In this document: piece by piece, positions 1 to 12,363 of the stretch
Numbering within the stretch: the first letter of the stretch is position 1
Layout of the letters: every line of letters begins with the position of its first letter
From: Cladosporium halotolerans
Lineage: Eukaryota
Assembly: GCF_011745625.1 (NCBI RefSeq)
Contig: NW_027191452.1
Span: 744,001 to 808,000, forward strand
Reading direction: 5' to 3'
DNA length: 64,000 bases
Program-made: the position numbers and the translations under genes
Notes under the pieces: model-generated
What the model was told of the DNA's origin: nothing
What the model saw: the letters and a program-made list of their open reading frames with translations, nothing else
The model's database searches: none

Positions 1-775
1 CCACGTTTGACGGCATTGATCGTATAATCAAAACATTTTAGATTACGAGCGAAGCAACACAACACGAAAGTAGTATCTTGCTCTTCTCACACCAATGCAT
101 GCACTTAGAATTAGAAGCGCTCGCATTGGCAAATGCCTTCGTCATTTCGTCCCCGCACGCTCCAACGCTCCAGTCGGGAGTGCCGTCCGCGGCTAAAGCC
201 AATTGGCTCGCCTGCAGGCTTTTTTGCGGTGCGCATCCCACCTTCGGTTGGCCAGCTTTGCGATCTCCCTTCTTCTGACCGTCTACAACCAACAACTACT
301 TCCTTGCATTATTCTCAGACTGTTAGTCGGAGGGCTGTTGTGGAAGTGAAGAAGAGCTGTGCAGAAAAAGGACGAAAGAGACCGGAACTTTTGCGGAAAC
401 AGGTGAGTGGATGGCGAACCTTTTTCTTATGGGATGCGGAAGAGATGGAATCGGATGCGCACAACAGCATGATTGTTGAGTCTGAGGGAATGAGCTCGGA
501 GCAATGTTGTCGCAAGATACGGTATGAGACTCATGGAAATGGTCACGTGTCGTCGTGCCAGAGCTCTGGGAATCGGAAACGGATGCGTACACGGAGGCGA
601 AAGTGGGCTTGTGCGAACGGATACCATCGTTTCGTTGCAGGAAGGGAGACCACGCACAATGGCTTGGACACGGCATCGCGCCAGGGATCCGGGAATGTGG
701 AATGCTGAATGGATGAGTCATCTGAAAGTCTCACATCTGACGAGCACCTTGCAGACAACCGAAACAGATATCAAC

Positions 776-1641
776 ATGTCTTCCCTCTCCCGTCGTGCGT
801 GCTACAAGTGTGGCAACGTTGGCCACTACGCCGAGGTGTGCTCTAGCAGCGAGCGTCTCTGCTACAACTGCAAGCAGCCGGGTGAGTAATCTGCCATACG
901 CGCGACCTCATGCCAGCGCTGATAGTTCAATAGGCCACGAGAGCAACACCTGCCCTCACCCCAGGACCACCGAGAGTAAGCTGCCGCAACAGAGATACAC
1001 AGATAAGCTTGTCCACTCACATTTCGAATAGCCAAGCAGTGCTACCACTGCCAGGGCCTCGGCCACGTCCAGGCTGATTGCCCGACCCTCCGCATCAGCG
1101 GCGGCGCTGCCAATGGCCGCTGCTACTCTTGCGGTCAGCCCGGCCACCTCGCCGTATGTCACGCTTCATCCGAATTCAGAGTACTTATCAATTAACGGAT
1201 TGACAGAGGAGCTGCCCTACCCCTGGTGCTGGCGCCGTCGCCCCGGTCGGCCGTGGTGCTGGCCCTGCCTTCAGAGGTGGGTTCGCCGGTCGCGGCGGTT
1301 TCGCTGGCGGCCGTGCTACCAGCTGCTACAAGTGCGGTGGCCCCAACCACTTCGCGCGTGACTGCCAGGCTCAGGCCATGAAGTGCTACGCTTGCGGCAA
1401 GCTCGGCCACATCTCCCGTGACTGCTCTGCCCCTAACGGCGGCCCCCTCAACGCAGCTGGCAAGACTTGCTACAGGTGCGGTGAGGCTGGCCACATCAGC
1501 AGGGACTGCGCCCAGTCCGTCGAGACTGGCGGTATCCCCCCTATCAACGGCGAGGCCAACATCACCCCCGCCGCTGTCCCGAACCCTGAGGCTGCCGCCG
1601 TTCAGGCCGCGCCTGTTGCTCCTGCCCCGATCGTGGCTTAG
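776..1641 (+). CDS. GIS2: CCHC zinc-knuckle nucleic-acid-binding protein (CNBP/Gis2/Byr3 family), 4 exons
   Basis: ATG 776 MSSLSRRACYKCGNVGHYAEVC; repeated CX2CX4HX4C knuckles and an RGG-rich linker; GT-AG introns about 882-933, 976-1031, 1154-1206; TAG ends 1641. Confidence 0.9.
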
Positions 1642-2525
1642 ATAGCCCCGGTTGCGTAGGCAGTGCTCGACTGGTCATCCAGCACGACGCAGCAACACCA
1701 CTTACGACCAACATTCTCTTCTATATAACCATTCAACATCTCGGCATGGCGTCCTTCCATTTCACAAATCGCAATTTCCAGCGTTTAACCAAACGAACGA
1801 CCCCTCACGGACACGACATTCAGACCAACAAAAGCGTTTTCCCCTTGAACGAAATCACGACCCAGCATATACCCCCGTACGCGAGCCTTAGTGCGGAGGA
1901 TCGAGAGACAAAGGAGGACTTACAGGGCTTTCCTGCTTGTAGAAGTCAGGCCCTTGAGTCGCGGGAGGGAGATTGAGAAAAGCTTGCAACGTATGGGGCG
2001 AAGAGGTGATGGAGGACGAAGCTCCGTCACACCAAAGGAGAGAGCGAGGCAAGACGTAGAGTCGTGTCGACGAGGAATGGAGAATCGAAGCAGTATTGTC
2101 TTGTACCACCAATCTCGCACGTAAATCCCTCAGTTTTTTCTGCTGATCGTATTCAGAAGTCATGTGAGCGTCCAAGCTGTATGCGGGCTCACATAGGGAC
2201 AGAAGTGTCCATGTGGGCCATATCGGCGTTCCCAACACCGCAAGGCGCACGCTAGCAACAGTCGATATGTCATCGAGATCGCGGGCGCGCTTTCTAATTG
2301 TTTTATGACGCCTTCATCATCGTAATTGGGCGGCGGCTCTGCTGTCGCCAAGAGGTGATGTCTCTCCAGCGTCGCGCCTTCCCTACGTCGAGCGGGTGCC
2401 AGCACACGCCTTGAATAGATTTTCCTTTCGTCTCTTCCATACTTCATTGATCTGATGAGTTTCAGCAAATCGCGTCTTCGTCATCCTCTGACTCTAGCAA
2501 AGCTCATTAACGCTGTCTTATAGCC

Positions 2526-3867
2526 ATGCCCGCTTCCGTCACCAGCAGCGATGACGGCGAGGTGAGTTCCTGATGAATTCGACAAGCCGAATTCCCGCGC
2601 AACTGACACTCATTACTAGAATGAGAGCCTGATCGTCGACATCGATCAGCTCCAATCGCACGGTAGGCAGTACTGCCCTGGAGTAGCCACTTCATCTGAC
2701 AGTTGGCTTAGGCATCAACCAGGCCGATATCATGAAACTCAAAGCTGCCGGCTTCTACACGGTCGCGGTGAGCGCCATCAGGATCTTTGTCGTCTCAAGT
2801 TCGTGGACTGACTGTTGAAGCAAGGCTGTCCACTCGCAGCACAGCAAACACCTACTCAAGATCCGTGGATTCTCGGAAGTCAAAGTTGAGAAAGTAAAAG
2901 AAGCCGTCAGGAAGTGTCTGGTATGAGTTGCCGTCGCTAGCCTGCTCTCGAGCTCATGCTAACCTGCGCACGCTTCACAGCCAAATGGAGGCAGCTTCAT
3001 CACTTCAGCCGACCTCGCGCACATCAGAAAGCGCTGCTTTCGCATTTCGACCGGAAGCAAGCAGTGGGACTCTATTCTCAACGAAGGCTTCCAGTCTTGT
3101 AGCATCAACGAGGTCTATGGAGAATTCAGTAAGCCTCCTGTTCGCATGTTGGGCAATGGCGGAACTAACCTCAATCAGGGTGTGGCAAAACGCAACTCTC
3201 GCACACCATGGCTGTGATCGCACAGCTACCGAAAGAGAAAGGCGGAGCGGAAGGACGGGTCGCGGTCATTGACACTGAAGGCACGTGGCGACCTGAACGA
3301 ATCGTCCAAATATCTGAGCGTTTTGGAAGTTTGTCATCCTCACCGGTTTTACGGCGATACCATTACTAACTATTGGGAGTCGATTCAAATGCAGCAAACG
3401 AGAACATCCTCTATGTCCGTGCCGAGAACAGCGAGGATCAGCACGAGCAGTTGTGCGGTCTTGCCGAGCCATTTGCCTCTGGCCAGTACCGTCTCTTGAT
3501 CATCGACAGTATCATGACGCATTTCCGCAATGACTTCCATGGTCGCGGAGAATTGAATGAGCGGCAGGGCAAGCTTGGCCAACATCTCCGCAAACTGAGC
3601 CAGATGGCGGAAGAGTTCAACATCACGGTCCTTATCATCAATCAGGTACAATCAGACCCAGGAGCGAGCGCCCTGTTCGCCAGTGCCGATGGCCGTAAAC
3701 CTATTGGAGGTCATGTCCTTGCTCATGCTTCGACCACACGCATCTTGCTACGCAAAGGCCGTGGTGAAGAGAGAGTCGCAAAAGTGATTGATTCGCCTGA
3801 TTGCGCCGAAAAAGAAGCCACGTATATCATCACCACTGGCGGAATAAACGATCCAGACAAGGCTTGA
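2526..3867 (+). CDS. DMC1: Meiotic recombinase Dmc1 (RecA/Rad51 family), 7 exons
   Basis: Spliced translation gives [16 protein letters not shown], Walker [14 protein letters not shown], Walker B LLIIDS and [35 protein letters not shown] and GGHVLAHAS are Dmc1-type rather than Rad51-type. Confidence 0.92.
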
Positions 3868-4070
3868 GCAAGCGCTCTGCGAATAGCGCCAGCCGTTGCT
3901 TTTTTCATTTGAAGGTTTACTTTGCTGTCATGATCAGAGCTTGAGAAGTTGCTGGAAAAAATATTCATTTCGTTTCTACTGTATGCTGGTATGAGGTGGT
4001 ATTGCTAAAAATCATAATGCCTGGAACCATTCATTCATCGTATACATTGCACGTCCCAAGTGATCGAACA

Positions 4071-5415
4071 TCACCCAAGATAATACACGGTGCCCTCGAA
4101 AAGCCTCCGGGCTGTACGGAAGACCGTGACCTCCTCTGCTTCTCCATCCGTTCCCAGTCGAATATCCACGTCCATGTCTCCGCCCGGATGCCTCAGCTTG
4201 ATCTGCTCGAGATCGAGCGGACCATTGGTGCCCAATCCAAGCTGAACCTTCTCAGAGATTCGGGATCGATTGCGGATAGAGTGAGCCAGAGTTCCTTCAG
4301 TGCACGCTGCTGTTCCCAAGCACACGGCGCCTGTCAATTGAAGGCTTCCGTGGACTTTGCCCATCGAGTAGGCGACAACCTCGACGTCGGGTGAGGGAGC
4401 GCCTTCTTGTGATTCAGGCTCCTTGAGAATCGCAATTTTGGGAGTGCCTCTGGTGAGCGCTGCCTTCTCGACACTGCTAGCCAAGCCCATGAGCACCGCT
4501 GCCTGTCTTCGAACACTCTCGATGAACTCGATAGACTCTGCTGCACCGGGACCTTGTTCGCGGAAGCAGTTCGGCAGTGAAAGCTCGTTTACAAACACGA
4601 AAGGGTTGGCTGCGTCCACTATGCTGACTTGAACGGGAATGGGCGTGGGCTCAGCCGCGGTCTGACCGAAGATGATGTCCGTGGGACGACCGGTTGGGAG
4701 AAGCTTTCCCGTCATCGCACCAGAGGGTTTCGAGAAGGCCATCTTCACACGGCTGCCCATCGATCGAAGCCCGGGTAAGATGCAGTCGCCGTCTTCTAGG
4801 AAATGCCCTTCCTCATCAACTTGCACATTCTCAATCAAGAGTGAGTTTGTGTTTGTGTTGAAGACCCTAACTTGAACCTGAGAAGACCATTGATTAGCAT
4901 TCTGGGGACTTTTCCCAAACTGAGCATAGCGCATATTTCGTAGCAGTCGGAAACCACTAGCACAAATGCCCGTAGTGACACAATGCGGAATCTGATTGAC
5001 TTACTTCTTGCTGGCCAGGCTTAGCTTTCACTATTCCTTCATCGACTGCAAAAGGGCCAACACCGGATGCGATGTTACCGCAGTTACCAGTCAAATCGAG
5101 CTTTGGGCTCCCGATCGGTACTTGAACGAACGTGTAATCGACGTCAACGCCAGGACGCTGTGATCGTGCGACAACAGCAACCTTTGAGGTTGTAGACGTT
5201 GCTCCACCGATGCCGTTTAGTTGTTTAGGATCGCAATCATACGAGCCCATAATGCCAGTGATGATTGGCGTCCATTCATCTTGGCTCTGGGGTAGGTCTT
5301 GTCGGTGAAGGTAAAGACCTTTAGAAGTACCGGCTCTCATCCATACTGCCGGAAGTGCCTTACGCCTCTTCGTGACCTTGGTAGGGTTTACAGCGGGTGC
5401 AACGAAGCCAGGCAT
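4071..5415 (-). CDS. PrpF/DUF453-family isomerase (aconitate/methylaconitate delta-isomerase-like), 2 exons
   Basis: WMRAGTSKG, GGATSTTSKVAVV, catalytic GNCGNI, VDAANP, SMGKVH and RTARRLFEG motifs; exons 5415-5005 and 4877-4071, intron GTAAGT...CTAAT...CAG. Confidence 0.9.
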
Positions 5416-5632
5416 GATGGGATAGTAATCGATTGGTATGCGTGGAATCACAACTGCTTCGATGTGTCGGATTGCGGACTTGAACATGACTGTTCGCAAG
5501 CCAAAGAAGATATTTGCCGAGGCTGTACCCCATTTTAATGATGCCAGTCAAAATACCCACTCGGTTACTCCGTTATGTTCAGGCTCGTGGATGTTTGGAT
5601 GCTTCGTAATGGAGGCCATGGCGGCGGATTTC

Positions 5633-5655
5633 CCGCGGAACATCAAATTCCGTGG
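5633..5655. promoter_or_regulatory. Putative Zn2Cys6 binding site CCGCGGAACATCAAATTCCGTGG (CGG-N11-CCG) in the PrpF/MFS divergent promoter
   Basis: 21/23 identical to the reverse complement of 12017-12039. Confidence 0.7.
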
Positions 5656-5900
5656 AATTCTGTCGCCCGAACATTCATCCAGGAAGAATTACTCTCCCAA
5701 AGTCAAATCACGGCCGACGCTCCCGCCCGGAAATCGGCTCCAAGGTTCGAGATGATGATACTGCGGGGCAAAGATGGAGATGACCCCATGGGCGGGTATG
5801 TCAAGCCTCTTGATAAAGGCTTGGAGATTTCCAAGCGTCTTGGGTGTCTTGGGTATCTGCACAAGTCGTTGTGATTGTCAATCGCCTCTCGCCATACGCC

Positions 5901-7671
5901 ATGCCAGCTCGACACGCAGCAGTTTTCGTGTCAGACACGCCTGTTCCGAAAGATGTGTACAACAAACAAGTCTACTTCACGGCTCTCGTGGCTTCCATGG
6001 GAGCCTTCATTTTTGGTTACGACCTCGCTTTTATCGGAACAACGATCACACTTGAACCCTTCAAGAGAGACTTTGGGTTGCTGAACGCCTCCGAAGCCAC
6101 TTCCGATGGCTTTTCGGCGAACATTGTCTCCCTACTGCAGGCTGGCTGCTTCTTTGGGTCATTAGCTGTTGCACCATTGGGTGACAGGTATGGCCGCAAG
6201 ATTTCTCTCATCATTGCCGGCATACTATTCTGCATCGGATCTCTCATGCAAACGGTCAGCTACGGACTCGTAGCTGTCATGTTTGTCGGTCGTGCCATTG
6301 GTGGTCTGGTAAGTACATCCAGCTCTCCTTCATCTCAGGAGTTGACATATCCCATTGGACGATGCCAAATGCATCGCGTCCGAGGTTATCGACTAACACG
6401 TCTCGCAGGGTGTTGGTCTCGCAAGCGGGATCGTACCGATGTACGTAGCAGAGCTGTCGCCGCCGGCCATCAGAGGTCGTCTCGTCGGCATCTACGAGAT
6501 TAGTGTGCAGACGGGCACATGCATAGGCTTCTGGATCTGCTACGGCGTCGAGGGGAACATGGCCAAGACTTCGGCACAATGGGTGACGCCTTTCGCAATC
6601 CAACTGATTCCTGGTGGTCTTCTGGTAATTGGCATGTTCTTCGTGCCAGAATCGCCTCGGTATGTGTGTCCGCTGCGACCAAAAGGAAGTTCAAGTGCTG
6701 ACAAAATTGGAACAGGTGGCTTGCTCGGTATAAATCGTATGGTGCTGCTTCCAAGACGCTTGCCATGCTGCGAAACCTCCCTGAAGATCATCCGTACCTG
6801 CAAGAAGAGCTTTCGCATATCATGGCGGCCGTGGAAGATGAGAAGAATTGCCGAGCCGACAGCAATCAGTGGACCGAGCTCCTTGCGCCCAGCAACCGCA
6901 AGCGCGTTATCCTGGGTATTCTCATCTTCATCTTCATGCAATTTGCGGGATCGAATGCAATCAAGTGAGTACTCTTTCACCCTCTTAGTGAGACCCGATG
7001 CTGACCGTGCCAGCTACTACTCCCCACGCATCTTCAAATCCGTTGGCCTTACGGGATCATCCACCAAGCTGTACGCCACTGGTATCTACGGCATCGTTCG
7101 CCTGGTCTGCGTCATCATCGCCATGAACTTTGTCGTCGACCGCTTCGGACGAAGGAATATGCTCATGGGCGGTGCCGCCGTGATGCTTGTCGCCATGTGG
7201 TTCATTGGAGCATACATTAAAGTCGCCGGTCCCACCGAGGGCAGCGCCCTGACCGCCGGAGGTTACGCAGCCGTAACGTTCATCTACATCTTCGCCGTCG
7301 GATTCTGCTTTTCGTACGCCGGCATCCCTTGGATCTATTGCGCCGAGATCTTCCCTCTGCGCATCCGTGCGCTGGGCATCGCGATTTGCACGGCAGTCCA
7401 TTGGCTCTTCAACTTCGTCATTGCGCGTGCCGTGCCCTACATGATCTCCAACATCGGGTACGGCACGTATTTCTTCTTTGCGAGCTGCATTACGCTCTCG
7501 ATACCTTTTGTCTATTTCTGCTTGCCTGAGACAAAAGGTTTGTCGTTGGAGGAAATTGATGTGATTTTCGGCGCAGCAGCCCCACCGCTGACTGCAGAAG
7601 TCATGCTCGAGGAGGGAGAGAAAGTCTTGGACTATCCTAAGGCAGCGCACGTTGAGAAGAGCATAGAATAG
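5901..7671 (+). CDS. MFS sugar-porter-family transporter, quinate permease (QutD)-like, 4 exons
   Basis: N-terminus PVPKDVYNKQVY...FGYDLAFIGTT resembles QutD; DRYGRK, PESPR, DRFGRR and PETKG motifs; introns about 6309-6408, 6660-6715, 6965-7013. Confidence 0.88.
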
Positions 7672-7739
7672 GATGCTTTGCAGTCCTTACGAAATTGATG
7701 AAAGCTTCATGAACTCATATTTACACTGAGCAACATTTC

Positions 7740-10104
7740 TCATGGCGGTGATATGTTCGAATAGTACCAATCTGACGTTGACGCATTGAAGCCAAACAAA
7801 GTGTCGTCAAACATGTTGTACCCGCCGTTGAGTAACGCCCCTTGCTCGTTGGTAAGCATGTTGCTGTTCGAACCGTTCGACATATTCATCGTTGAGGGAG
7901 TCATTGGCATGTAGGGATTTGATCCCTGCATCTGTTGCTCTTGCATGAAGCTGTGAATGATCGTGTCCACATCAAGATCGGGAACAAATTCGCCAGCAAC
8001 CATGGTTGGCTCTGGATTCATTCCATTCTCGAATGCCTGCTGCTGCTGCAGAGTTGGCACGGATGGAGCTTGGTTCACGACGCCTCCGTCCCTGTTGCTC
8101 GACGATGTGCTGGAAGCTTGTTGATGCGTCGTGGAACCTCTTTCTGGGGAAGACATTCTGTCGGCGTCCTCGAGGTCTATCGAGATACCCATGTGCTTCA
8201 TTAGACCTTCGATGACGATAGACGCCTTGCGGACGGCGTAGTTTGTTTCAGAGTTCTGGCTGAAGACCGACAAACATGTCCGCAGGTGCTCATGCGCTTC
8301 AGAATGCGATGTTCGAGTGGCAGCAATCCGTACATGGATCGTCGCGGCGACATAAGTGGCGTAAGATATAAGGTAGGGAGCTCTGCCAATTGAGAAAGCT
8401 TTGTCGTAGAGACGCACAAGCTTGACAATGTTCATGGCCGCCTCTGCGCATGCTGCGAATGACGACTTGGAAGTGGAGGGAAGAGTCAGATGCAGATGGC
8501 TATCGGCAACTAAGGGTCGATGGAGAAGAACTCTCAAAGCATTCCACATAGCTTGTAGTGAGAATACTTGAGGAGGCGGGAGGTGTTGGTGGGTGCCATT
8601 GCTGTTGACGTCGATGGTCAGGTGTTGAGGGAGATTCGTCTTCCATTCCAGCATACGTGCGTCTAGGACGTCGAGGTCCTGTATCAGGTTTTCTGTACTC
8701 CTCTTCTCTTTGCCCTCGCAGTACATTCGGTCCAGAACATCGTGAAGAATGATGCAGAGTTTGCAAAGCTCTTTAAACGTTGATACACTGTAACTTGGAG
8801 ATCCAGGGTACTTGGTTCCGCTAGTGTAGGCGAAAGGGTACCAGTACTCTAGCTCCTCGTAGGTGTCCATGAAGTTAATGGGTACTTGGCTGTCGATAGC
8901 TCTCAGGCTGGCTGGACGGCCCTGGTACAACGACTGCATTTTGTCGACAACGAATGCTGACCAGTAGACTAGTAGACGTTAGTGCGTCAGCTATCACTCA
9001 ACCATCAAGGGACCTCACCTCGTCGTCGTATCTCGAGGTCCTCTTCCGAGAGCCGTTGCATGTTTGGTAGCATAGTCGCATCAACATGTAAGCCTAGATC
9101 TACAAGCATTCTGAAGGCTGTACCAGCGTACACCCAAGCAGCACTTTGCTCGTCACCAAGCGCAAACAGAGAATTACTCATCTGTAGCAATGCCTGTATT
9201 GTTGTGATCTCGCTATGGTCCAACGCCTGTCCTAGAAGATCGCGTACCCTGTTGCGAAACTGCCAGCCAGCTGTCCTGACATCGTTCGGGTCTTTCCGTA
9301 GCTCCAGTCTTGGACTGAACTTGGAAGCACCGTAGAATATCGCGTTCAACAGTATCTTGGAGAAATAAGGACCGTTGCAGGCCATGTCACGCATGAAAGC
9401 GGGGCGATACGTGACAAGAAACGAGTGGTGTTGGCGATTCCAATGAAGGTTGAGCAGATGCCGGCCCAGCTCAGGATCTACACCGTCAAAATCGAGTTTA
9501 CCAGCGCGAGCGTTAATATCCTCGTACTGTCGCTGCTCTGCTGCGGCGGCCACCAATAGCTTAGGCATCCATGCCTCTCGCTCTTTTGACAGCCATGAAC
9601 GCGACCGCTGATTGTCAGGCACAGCATTATCGAATAGGGTGCTCGTGGGGCCGTGATACGTTGATGTCCCTCCAACAGACCTAGGTGTCTCGACTGGTGT
9701 AGCACCGGGGGTATGGTGTTCGTGTGCTGAGTCAGGCATACTAGACAGTAGATCGACGGGACGATCGGCGGGGCTTTGGTCTGAGCTGGCGGACATCTGC
9801 ACATCTGGAGTCGCTTCGGTGTGCTGCGATGCTTCTGTAGAGGATTGCTCTCGCAGACGCCGATTTTCTTCCATCAACTGCTTGATGGCTGCATTTGTGG
9901 GCCTAGTCTTACGGCGGAGACCCTCGAAGACACATTCTTGGTCGTAGATCTCACAATTCTTACATCGTGGCCGCTCTCCCGTACATTTCATCTACGATCA
10001 TCAGCGGGAGTAGGCATGGCTTGGTTGCAGACGAGGCGAACCTTGCGTTGCCTGCAGTAGGTGCAGGCCCGCTGAGCACGTGGCTGACGCTTTTCGGAGC
10101 CCAT
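7740..10104 (-). CDS. Zn(II)2Cys6 transcription factor with fungal-specific middle homology region, 3 exons
   Basis: Spliced ACTYCRQRK-MKCTGERPRCKNCEIYDQEC binuclear cluster (intron 10041-9992); AFRMLVDLGLH...EIRRR segment; second intron about 9018-8969. Confidence 0.9.
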
Positions 10105-10827
10105 GCTTTGTGGGGACGTGATGATTGATGACTCGCTATGCCACGGATGGTGATGAGATCGCTGTGGTTTGAAGACGGCGGAGCAAGCGGCGAGGCAGAG
10201 GGACATCCGCGGTCAAAAGCGAACCCCTCCGCGGTCGATTAAACTTCCAGCTATCGGGACGGGTCCCGACGCCATGCCGCGGCATCTCAGATGCCGGGGC
10301 GGACACGCCGTAGGATCATTGCGGAGCCGCTGGTGGAATGCAAAGCCATCATTAGTGGGCACGGCAATTGTGTACGGACTGCTTTGGTAGGGTAATCTTT
10401 CTCGCTAGGATGAATCCGAATGCGTTCATTCTCCGCCCGGCATTCCAGACCTCTACCTTGTGCGACTGTCGGTTGTGACTTGCAGCTCAGCTTGACTCAA
10501 CTTCTAGGTTCTCATGCCATGGCGCGAGTCATTCAACCCCAAGCGCAATTTGCCACCGACATCACGATCTGTAACACGGGGATCATGGGTGGTATAGTAT
10601 TTGTACTGCACAATTACTATTTACCACATTGATGTGTTAATTCAGCAGATCACGCAAATGCTGCCTTGAAGTATGTGAGACGATTAGTCGCAAATGGACG
10701 TTCGAGGCTCATTGTACTAAATGTATTACCCATGGACGCACTAGAACAGCGTCATGTCATCGCTTTCGCCATCTGGATCTTCAAAATTGAAATTATATTC
10801 GCGCGCTAACGACTCATGGTATCTGAT

Positions 10828-11727
10828 TTAGAAAAGAGTAAGAACTTTCTCGTAGATGGAAAACACAATGCCTCCCGAGAGCACCAGTCTACCCAGACGC
10901 ATGGTGCTCCCACTCCAGAACCCGCGCATGCCCGCATCCCGGAATGTGCTCCTGATGGCGGACATGAGCGTTGCTCCTTGACTACTCTGCGAGCGAGTCT
11001 TGACAGTGTCGAACGGCTGAGTGGCGTAAACAGTCAAGCATCCAGCGGCCGCTCCCATCGCGAAGGTTTCCACCGTGCTTTTGGGAGCATGGCCGACACG
11101 AGCGGCGTATTGTGTTTTGAGCGCATTGTAAGATCCCATTCTGACGGCGGAAGTTGCTGATTGCTTCAAAGTGGTGCTGACGAGGCCTCTGTACAAGCCG
11201 AGGATGCCTTGCTCTCTCAGTAAGATCCCGACAGCGTGAGGACTGGATCGGAATCTTCTGGCTCCTTTGGCATCGTCGATCAAAGCAGTCTTGATGCGTT
11301 CCGTAGGCGTGACAGCCAAGATTGATTCGACCGCACCAGCTGCCATACCGGCGACGATCCCCCGGGATGTTGACAATTGTCCACGCTCATCTACGAGCTG
11401 GGCCTTGATGGTGTCGAAGGCGAGGAAGCGAACACCAGCTTTCATGGCCGTGCCGACGACCAGCGTACTACATCCTGTGTAGATTCCAGAGAATCCTTCG
11501 GAGCTTATCGTTCCTCGCAATAGTTGAAAGGCGTTGCCTTTTCCGGAGTTCAACTGTGCTCGAGTTTTTGCATATTCAAATGGATAAGTAATAGTGGCCT
11601 CGCAACCTCCTGCAACACTTCCTGCGAACAGCGATGCAAGTGGAGAGACCTGTTTCTTCTTCGGTTGCTGCTGCTGAGTTGCAATTTGCAAAGGGGAACC
11701 CCTCAATGGTGCTGTAGCTGTTTGCAT
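10828..11727 (-). CDS. Mitochondrial carrier, tricarboxylate/citrate transporter type (Ctp1/MttA/Mtt1-like), intronless
   Basis: Three PX[DE]XXKT signatures (PFEYAKT, PTERIKT, PFDTVKT); KAGVRF and LAVTP typical of tricarboxylate carriers; 299 aa. Confidence 0.88.
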   Translation of the reverse strand: MQTATAPLRGSPLQIATQQQQPKKKQVSPLASLFAGSVAGGCEATITYPFEYAKTRAQLNSGKGNAFQLLRGTISSEGFSGIYTGCSTLVVGTAMKAGVRFLAFDTIKAQLVDERGQLSTSRGIVAGMAAGAVESILAVTPTERIKTALIDDAKGARRFRSSPHAVGILLREQGILGLYRGLVSTTLKQSATSAVRMGSYNALKTQYAARVGHAPKSTVETFAMGAAAGCLTVYATQPFDTVKTRSQSSQGATLMSAIRSTFRDAGMRGFWSGSTMRLGRLVLSGGIVFSIYEKVLTLF

Positions 11728-12016
11728 TTTGAGTGAATTGACAGTTGCGTCGGCGCCGATTTGTCTGCTTGAAACCTGATGACAGTGTCTACAATGCGGC
11801 TGATTTGAACAAATGTGAAATTAGTTTTGTACTTCACCCTTTTCGACGATCGACCCATTATCAGATCTCCATGCCTTCTACACCCGGATATTACGGATTT
11901 TCGTCTGCCTCGTCTACTGCACCCACCGAGTGCTGTTCTGACATTGTTCCGCGGATGAGAATACACTATGGTCTTACTAATGCCCGACAACGATGGTAGT
12001 GGAGCATCCGTGTGTA

Positions 12017-12039
12017 CCGCGGAATTTGCTGTTCCGCGG
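12017..12039. promoter_or_regulatory. Putative Zn2Cys6 binding site CCGCGGAATTTGCTGTTCCGCGG (CGG-N11-CCG) in the carrier/MFS divergent promoter
   Basis: Reverse complement CCGCGGAACAGCAAATTCCGCGG matches 5633-5655; extra half-site TGTTCCGCGG at 11945-11954. Confidence 0.7.
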
Positions 12040-12363
12040 CCTAACGTGCAACACCCAGCCATCGGCAGACGCCGCGCCTAGAGCAAAGTTCTCTCGCCAA
12101 GTAACCTTACACTCGGTAAGTCACCGAAACAGACGGTTTTTCTTAACGTGGCGTGAGCGGGGAAGCCCCATGGGGTATGCCATGTGGGTTCTATCGCTGG
12201 TCAAGATTCCTTGGCGACAATGGTTGGCAAGAGTACTTGCGGGAGATGGGTAGCCGCAAGAGAATACTAAAGGGATCTGAACATCCTCGAAGATGAGGAC
12301 CAGAACTCCATCACCTCGCCACTGAGTCACAGCAAGGCATTACCTTGAGAGTCCACTATCACC

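Noticed and set aside
5763..12162. CreA-type GCGGGG sites in both cluster promoters (5763, 12157)
   Set aside because: The hexamer is too frequent in this GC-rich sequence to be informative alone
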